DNA from: Candidatus Latescibacterota bacterium
GTDB taxonomy: Bacteria > Latescibacterota > UBA2968 > UBA8231
Direction of reading: 5' to 3'
Length of the DNA stretch: 64,000 nt
Assembly (NCBI GenBank): GCA_965217585.1
Contig: OZ244561.1
Span: 160,001 to 224,000, forward strand
Part shown: positions 58,080 to 64,000 of the stretch, one piece after another
Layout: the number at the start of each line of letters is the position of its first letter
Position numbering within the stretch: the stretch's first letter is position 1
Notes under the pieces: model-generated
Database searches by the model: none
What the model saw: the letters and a program-made list of their open reading frames with translations, nothing else
Told to the model about the DNA's origin: nothing
Made by a program: the position numbers and the translations under genes

Positions 58080-61000
58080 TTAGCTGATATCTGAAATCTG
58101 TGGTTGCTCCACCCCCGTCCCCTGCGCCAACTTCTCACCCTCAATCAAGTACTCCTCCCGCACCTCGGGCGCAATCGTCCGCCAGACCAAGAAGCGCTTG
58201 CGCAGCACGTTGAGGAAGCTGGTGTTGAGCCGCTGCCAGCTCACCACATCGCCGCTGACGCGCTGCAAGTGCATCTCAATGCGGTAAATGCCCGGAATAT
58301 CGTCGGTCGGCAAGGTGCGCAGGAACACCCGCTGGCTCACTCCCAAGTCGTAGGGCGCGAGCCACACCATCAGTTCCAGCAAATAGACCGGCTGCGCACC
58401 GCCCTGCTCCAAGTGGAAATCCACGCCCTCGGTCATAAAGTCGCCCACCGATCCCTCGCCGTACGACGAGAAAACACGATGCAGATAAGCGCACGAGCCC
58501 AAGGCATCGCCCTTGGCCAGCGTAAAGGGAAAGTCGAAGCGCCAGTCGTCGCCGTCGGGCGGAGGAAACTCCCAGCGCCGGGTCACGTCGGGCACGGCCA
58601 TGGCCGCGGCCTTGCGCGCCGGATACAGAGTCGAGAGCACCACCACCACCATCACGATCAAGGTCGAGAAGATCGCCGACAGCGACGAGTAATTGAGAAA
58701 CATCCCACCCAAAAGCGCGTAGTGCGCCAGCAGCAAAGTCGTCGTCTGCCCGACCAAATAGCCCAGCACCGCGCCGACAATGGCAAACACGAGAGCCTCG
58801 GCGATGAACAGCGAGGCAATGTGACTCGGTGCCAGCCCCACCGACGAATACACCCCGATCTCACCGGAGCGCTCGTACACGGCCCCGAGCATGGTGTTGA
58901 GCACGATCAGCGAGGCGATCAACAAGGGCACGAAGAGATTGCCAATTCCGGCCAAAGACGCCGATCCCATAGAGGTGTACACCCGCACGCGATCGCCAGC
59001 GCCGACAAAAAGCGGCACAGCCACCCGCGACACGAATTCCTCAACCTCGGCGAGCAAGGTCTCCCGATCGGCAAAACCGGCGATGGCAATAGAGCGCAGC
59101 GTACCGCCCAAATCGACGACCTGCTGGTAGGGCAAGAACGCCACATTGTTGGCCAGCAGGTGAGTAAAGGTCTCAATCGCGGCCGTGTCCATCAGGCGCG
59201 GGTCTAAGCCGGCCATTTCCTCCATCTTCTTGGCCTCGGCGACCGTGTCCACGGGCATCAGGCTCTCGTTGTCTAAGTCGCGCAGGTGGTCGATGGCCTC
59301 GCCGTCGATTAAGCCAATGACCCGATAGGAGCGCCCCATCAGCCCAATGTCGGCCGTGCCCACATCCTCCGGGCTAATGCCCAAAATCTCCGCCATAGCC
59401 ACCGGCAGGATGCACACATCGCGCTCGCCATCCGCAAACCAGCGGCTCTCCGGCCCCACCAACAGCTCTTCCAGCCCCATCACCGCGCCCTCGCCGGGGG
59501 TCACCCCGAGGATGGCCGAGGCAAAGCTCTTCTTCTGCGCCAGCTTGTGTTCAATGTCGATATAGGCCCGCTCGCCAATAACTTTAGAGGTCACCCACGA
59601 CCTCGGCAGCACCTGCGCTCGGTCACCAAACGCGCTCTCCGCATAGTCGAGCACCGATAGCTGCAAGCCCTTCCAGCCGCGATCGCGCAGCAAAGCACCC
59701 TCGTAACTGGGCACATTCGGGCGAGGGATCTGATAGAACTTGAGATAGCTCTGCACCGAGGTGAAGGCCTGGGCAGTAAAGGTCAAAAGCGTCAGGGTGA
59801 CAACCGTCAGCGCGGTGCGCAACTTGCGCTTGCGGAGGTTGGAAATCCCCAGCGATGCGGCCGCGGCCGTGGCGCTGAGGCGACCGATGTCCGCTTCGTG
59901 GACGCCGGATGCGGCCCGCTTGCGCTGGCCGACGGCGCGGGTAAAGCGGCCCATAATCATCAGCAGGGCCGTGCCGCCGATGGCGAAGATGACGAAGGCC
60001 AAAAAGATGATATACGGCGACGAGCTCAGCTTGAAGGCCGGGTGGATAAAGCGCATGATGAGGAAGATCGCCAAAAAGAAAAACGCCGCGCCCGCCACTT
60101 GGCGGCGGATGTCGGCAAAGCCGAAGAACAGCCGCTCGCAGCAAAACGAAAACGGCAGCAGCAGCGCGAAGTAGAAGATCACCCCATAGACCGTGTCGTC
60201 CGCGGTCGATTTGATGTCTGGGTAGCCCCGCCCTTCGAGGCCCCACGCCTTGCGCGTGGCCCGCTTGAACTCGCTGTAGCGCCGCGCCTGTAAATGCTCT
60301 TCGGCCTCCAGCAGGGCCAAGCGCGCCTCTTCGTGCAGGCGCATGAACTTGTCGTTGCGCACCCCGTAGCGCGCCAACTGCTTGATCCGCACGTCGTCGA
60401 GAACCCACATGTCGCGCGCGGCCGCGTACCCAGGGCGCAACACCACGCCTTGATCCACCAGATAACCGCGCCCGAGAGCCTGCTTTATCGTCGCCTCATC
60501 CACGTCTTCAGGGCGCACCGGCTCGGCCACCCATTCGGCCGGCGCACCGCTCAGCAGGTAGCGCACGCCGAAGAGGCTCGTGCTCATCAGGGCTTTGACT
60601 CGGGTGCCAGGTTGGGCGTACACCACAGAAGCGAGCGTTACCTTGCCCTCCTCATTGCTCTGCCTTTCGACGAAGTCGGCCCCCCACGACTGCGGCACGC
60701 CGTCGCGCTCGTCGAGCACGGTCATGTGGTCCAAGACCGACAGGTAGCGCGAGTCAACGGTCTCGAACAGACTCAGCGCCCGGCACTCGAAGAGCACTTG
60801 CAGCATCTCGTTTTCCCACCAGCCCCACGGATGGACGGTTGGGTACGTCTCGTCGCCCTCTTGGCCCATGTCTGGTGCCGAGATAATCGCGCCGTAGGGA
60901 TCGAGTTCGTACGCGCGGATCGCGTTGTCTAGCTTGTTGCGCATGATGTCGAAGCGGAAGCGGCCCGCGTCGTTGGCCTCTTGCGCGATCAAGGTGCGGA

Positions 61001-62702
61001 CCCCGCCGACCGAGTTGGGTCCGAGCTGCTGATAGGTCACCAGCGCCTGCGGCACCGGCTTCTTGGGCACGGCAAAATTGACGTCGCGGTCGAACCAATA
61101 GATCGCACCCGCTAGGCTGTGGCCGTAGTCTTCCAGCTCCAACTTGGTCGGCTTGAGCAGTTCGGCATCGCGGCCAGCCCACGCCAACATGGCCGCGAGT
61201 GTCTGGATCTGCCGCGTGAGGTTCTGCACATCCACGGCTTCCGGCAGGTCGAGCGGCGTATCGATCCGCTCGCGCGCATCGTTGGCCGTAGCAAGGGCGA
61301 GGGCCTTCTGACCGACAAAGGCTGCGGCTTCGCTGGCAAAGGCGAGCGGGATAGGCATGAAGTTTTTCCACGTGCGCTTAGGCGGGGCAATGCCCTCGTA
61401 GTGGCGCGTGGTGTCGCCAAAGGTCTCTTCGACCGCGAGGCTTAACCGCTTGGAATAGGGCGTCAACATGTATTTGATGTAGTTGTCGGTGCGCCACTTG
61501 GGATTGTAGAAGGTGCCCATGCCAAAGCTGGCCGTGCGGTCGGCGTGGCTCGACAGATCCAGCGATAGCATCAGGTCGAAGTCGATGCGCTCGGCCGGGT
61601 TCATGCGCTCGCGGAAATAGTCGCTGCGGCGGCTGTGTCGATAGAGGAAATCGTTGATCCCGGATAGGCCCTCAAAGTGCCCGGAGGTCGCCAAAAAGAG
61701 CACCGAGTAGTGCGGGCGATATTCTTTGAGCAGTTCCACTAGCTGGAGCAGGGCGACGATCCCGGCTGCGTTTTCCGCTCCGGGGGCGAGGGCCGGCACG
61801 ACCGAGATGGCGTCGTAATAGGCTTGGATGACGATGGTTTGGTCCTTCCACGCCTGTGGCTGTTCTCGGCTCTTGGCCGGCAGCATCTCTGGTGACCCGG
61901 GCAGGTAGCCGTACACGTTGTGCGCTTCCACGCCTTGCCAATCCATCCGCGCCTGTAGGTGGACAGCGACCGGCCCGTCTTGCAGGCGCGCCAACAGGTC
62001 GAGCGCATCTTGCCGCTCGAGCCAAAAGCGCGGGATGTCAACCGGCACCTTGAGGAACTTGTCGGCGGCTTGCTCGCGGTTGACGCCGCCGTTGTCGAAG
62101 AAGACGATGGCCTTGGCCCCCAGCGATGCGGCGTGGAGGTAGTTTTGGCCGCAGGCAAAGTCCAAGAGCACGACGCTGCCCTGCAGGGGCTGGCCGTCTA
62201 GCGCTTTGAGTTCCCCTTGGCCTCCGTAGATCAAGGGACCCCGCACGCCGTCCGACCCCAACGAGGGCGTGCGCACCCCATTGGGCCACAAGCTGTAGAG
62301 CCGCTTGCTATCGCCGCCCTGCACCACCAGTTCGCCGCCGCGATCTACGGGCACGGCCACCTCAAATGCCTCGCTCTGCACGTCCTCCAGCCCCAGTGCC
62401 TCGAACCGCTGGCGCACGTAGTCGCGGGCCTGCCGCTCCCCCGCATACCCCGGCACCCGCGAGCCAAAGGCAGCAAAGCGCGCGATCTCAGCGGCAATGT
62501 CCGCCTCGTCAATGCCGGCGACCAAGGCGCGAAGCTGCGCGGCTTGTGCGGGATCCACCATCCGCGCTTCGACAGGCGGGTTAGGTGCCCAGCCGAAGAA
62601 ATCGTTTACCGCGCGATTGATTGCGCCCGGATCGCCGAAACCGACGACCGCAATCATGGCAGCGGCGAACAGCAAGAAAACCGCATTGAGTAGTTTGGTC
62701 AT
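58080..62702 (-). CDS. Large membrane protein: M28 peptidase-like/PA region fused to FtsX-like ABC permease domains
   Basis: 'GSRVPGYAGE', 'AYYDAISVVPALAPGAE'; permease motifs 'NLRKRKLRTALT' and 'VYERSGEIGVYSSVGLAPSHIASLFIAE'. Confidence 0.78.
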   Translation of the reverse strand: MTKLLNAVFLLFAAAMIAVVGFGDPGAINRAVNDFFGWAPNPPVEARMVDPAQAAQLRALVAGIDEADIAAEIARFAAFGSRVPGYAGERQARDYVRQRFEALGLEDVQSEAFEVAVPVDRGGELVVQGGDSKRLYSLWPNGVRTPSLGSDGVRGPLIYGGQGELKALDGQPLQGSVVLLDFACGQNYLHAASLGAKAIVFFDNGGVNREQAADKFLKVPVDIPRFWLERQDALDLLARLQDGPVAVHLQARMDWQGVEAHNVYGYLPGSPEMLPAKSREQPQAWKDQTIVIQAYYDAISVVPALAPGAENAAGIVALLQLVELLKEYRPHYSVLFLATSGHFEGLSGINDFLYRHSRRSDYFRERMNPAERIDFDLMLSLDLSSHADRTASFGMGTFYNPKWRTDNYIKYMLTPYSKRLSLAVEETFGDTTRHYEGIAPPKRTWKNFMPIPLAFASEAAAFVGQKALALATANDARERIDTPLDLPEAVDVQNLTRQIQTLAAMLAWAGRDAELLKPTKLELEDYGHSLAGAIYWFDRDVNFAVPKKPVPQALVTYQQLGPNSVGGVRTLIAQEANDAGRFRFDIMRNKLDNAIRAYELDPYGAIISAPDMGQEGDETYPTVHPWGWWENEMLQVLFECRALSLFETVDSRYLSVLDHMTVLDERDGVPQSWGADFVERQSNEEGKVTLASVVYAQPGTRVKALMSTSLFGVRYLLSGAPAEWVAEPVRPEDVDEATIKQALGRGYLVDQGVVLRPGYAAARDMWVLDDVRIKQLARYGVRNDKFMRLHEEARLALLEAEEHLQARRYSEFKRATRKAWGLEGRGYPDIKSTADDTVYGVIFYFALLLPFSFCCERLFFGFADIRRQVAGAAFFFLAIFLIMRFIHPAFKLSSSPYIIFLAFVIFAIGGTALLMIMGRFTRAVGQRKRAASGVHEADIGRLSATAAAASLGISNLRKRKLRTALTVVTLTLLTFTAQAFTSVQSYLKFYQIPRPNVPSYEGALLRDRGWKGLQLSVLDYAESAFGDRAQVLPRSWVTSKVIGERAYIDIEHKLAQKKSFASAILGVTPGEGAVMGLEELLVGPESRWFADGERDVCILPVAMAEILGISPEDVGTADIGLMGRSYRVIGLIDGEAIDHLRDLDNESLMPVDTVAEAKKMEEMAGLDPRLMDTAAIETFTHLLANNVAFLPYQQVVDLGGTLRSIAIAGFADRETLLAEVEEFVSRVAVPLFVGAGDRVRVYTSMGSASLAGIGNLFVPLLIASLIVLNTMLGAVYERSGEIGVYSSVGLAPSHIASLFIAEALVFAIVGAVLGYLVGQTTTLLLAHYALLGGMFLNYSSLSAIFSTLIVMVVVVLSTLYPARKAAAMAVPDVTRRWEFPPPDGDDWRFDFPFTLAKGDALGSCAYLHRVFSSYGEGSVGDFMTEGVDFHLEQGGAQPVYLLELMVWLAPYDLGVSQRVFLRTLPTDDIPGIYRIEMHLQRVSGDVVSWQRLNTSFLNVLRKRFLVWRTIAPEVREEYLIEGEKLAQGTGVEQPQISDIS

Positions 62703-62830
62703 GAAATTCGCTTTGTCTGTGGAATGGGACGAGCGGCTGTCAAGATATGGCATCGGCGAGAGGGGTTCAAGCACGGAAGGAGGTGGGGCCCTAGCCTGTG
62801 ATAGCGGCTCGACAGAGAAGTCGCTTTTTC

Positions 62831-62859
62831 TTGACAGATAGTATCATTATCGGTATCAT
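62831..62859 (+). promoter_or_regulatory. Sigma70-like hicAB promoter with overlapping GTATCAT repeats
   Basis: TTGACA-17 nt-TATCAT, 6 nt before the ATG; GTATCAT at 62841 and 62853. Confidence 0.6.
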
Positions 62860-62865
62860 ACTCTT

Positions 62866-63114
62866 ATGGCGAGCACGATAGAAATCCTCAAGGCGATTCG
62901 CAATAATCCGCAAGGGGTGCGGTTCACAGATCTCGCCAAGGTGTGCGACGCATACTTCGGAGCGCCGCGTCAGAAGAGTACCAGCCATCGAGTTTACCGG
63001 ACACCGTGGCTAGGCGATCCGCGAGTAAACATCCAAAACGCCAAGGGCATGGCAAAGCCATACCAAGTTCGTCAAGTCATCAAGGCAATCGAGAAATTGG
63101 AGGGTATAAAATGA
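62866..63114 (+). CDS. hicA: HicA-like toxin
   Basis: 82 aa; 'NPQGVRFTDL', 'TSHRVY', 'AKPYQVRQV'; ATGA overlap with hicB. Confidence 0.85.
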   Translation: MASTIEILKAIRNNPQGVRFTDLAKVCDAYFGAPRQKSTSHRVYRTPWLGDPRVNIQNAKGMAKPYQVRQVIKAIEKLEGIK

Positions 63115-63437
63115 GCGACCATTATACTTATCGCATCACGTGGTCGGCTGAAGACAACGAACATGTGGGTCTATGCGCTGAATTTCCATCGCTGAGTTGG
63201 CTATCGCCTACGCCTGCTGGGGCGTTGTCCGGCATCCAGCGCCTTGTGCTCGAGTGCCTCGCAGACATGCGCACCACCGGAGAAGCCGTACCGGAGCCAA
63301 TAGCGGACCGCAACTATAGCGGGAAGTTCATGGTGCGTTTGCCGCCGGAATCGCATCGCGCTCTCGCCATACAAGCGGCGGAGCAAGGGGTGAGCCTGAA
63401 CCGACTTGTGAGTGCGCGGATTGCAAACGCCACCTGA
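63111..63437 (+). CDS. hicB: HicB-like antitoxin
   Basis: 'HYTYRITWSAED...EFPSLSW', 'YSGKFMVRLPPESHRALAIQAAEQGVSLN'. Confidence 0.88.
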   Translation: MSDHYTYRITWSAEDNEHVGLCAEFPSLSWLSPTPAGALSGIQRLVLECLADMRTTGEAVPEPIADRNYSGKFMVRLPPESHRALAIQAAEQGVSLNRLVSARIANAT

Positions 63438-63484
63438 CGATAAGGAAGGCCGCGAGCAGACAAAGCCCAAAGGAGAGAGTAGTT

Positions 63485-63676
63485 ATGAAGTCGCTCTATT
63501 TCATCAAGGGGGTCCCCAATATGCCCCAACCTATCATGTTCGGGGTCACGCCATCTGCCTTGTGCGAAAATCCAGCGGATTATGCCCGTATGAAAACCCT
63601 CGTCGGACTCAAAGATGACTTTGGATGGAAAGAAGACGATCTTATTGAGGACTGCAAATATAAAGGAATGTTTTAA
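63485..63676 (+). CDS. Small hypothetical protein
   Basis: 63-aa ORF with upstream AGGAG; no recognisable family; abuts the IS630 stop. Confidence 0.25.
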   Translation: MKSLYFIKGVPNMPQPIMFGVTPSALCENPADYARMKTLVGLKDDFGWKEDDLIEDCKYKGMF

Positions 63677-64000
63677 AGTTCAAGTTGTGCATCCTTGAAG
63701 AAGCCTCGAATCAGGTTGTTATCATGATGCTGGGCGGTGATCGACATGCAGACCGCATCTGCTAAGTCCTCGATGTGGTCTGGAATGAAGTTGGCTAGAT
63801 CGCCATACTTGGTATGATTCCAGACCTGTTCAGTCGGATTCAATTCGGGTGCATAGGCGGGTACCCATTCGATGGTGAGTCGATCCGGATCCCTTTTCTG
63901 CAAGATCGCCACCGCGGCGCGATGCACACTCCACCGATCCAAAATGAGCACGACCTTGCGCCGTATCATACGCAGCAGAGGACCGACAAAGGACCCCACA
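63673..64000 (-). mobile_element. IS630-family transposase, C-terminal DDE part (runs off window)
   Basis: 'VLILDRWSVH', 'PAYAPELNPTEQVWNHTK'. Confidence 0.88.

Overview
GC-rich bacterial window. The gene content (several PhyH dioxygenases, Gfo/Idh/MocA enzymes, proteins with a C-terminal 'PNPFN' FlgD-Ig sorting domain, a giant FN3/cadherin/Calx-beta/LRR protein) resembles FCB-group candidate phyla such as Latescibacterota, often seen as sponge symbionts; this is inference only. From left to right: (1) a catabolic oxidoreductase and sugar-metabolism cluster (1-12.3 kb); (2) a cobalamin-riboswitch-led B12 uptake and adenosylation operon (12.4-20.5 kb); (3) a visibly lower-GC, co-oriented 8-gene island (21.1-35.3 kb) encoding a zinc-ribbon/propeller protein, a membrane VWA protein, a membrane-anchored trypsin, a tubulin-like (Tubulin_2) GTPase, a divergent Hsp70, a GrpE-like protein and a ZorA/ZorB (MotA/MotB)-like motor pair, the best candidate here for an undescribed defence/conflict system; (4) housekeeping genes (frameshifted glycogen debranching enzyme, acs, SDR, PMI, kinase); (5) an AlbA_2/ATPase gene, a 4079-aa adhesin and an Rpn nuclease embedded among MITEs, REP-like palindromes and direct repeats; (6) an M28-like/FtsX fusion, hicAB and a partial IS630 transposase. 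Several genes are bracketed by direct repeats, suggesting cassette-like insertion. No CRISPR array, rRNA or tRNA was recognised.
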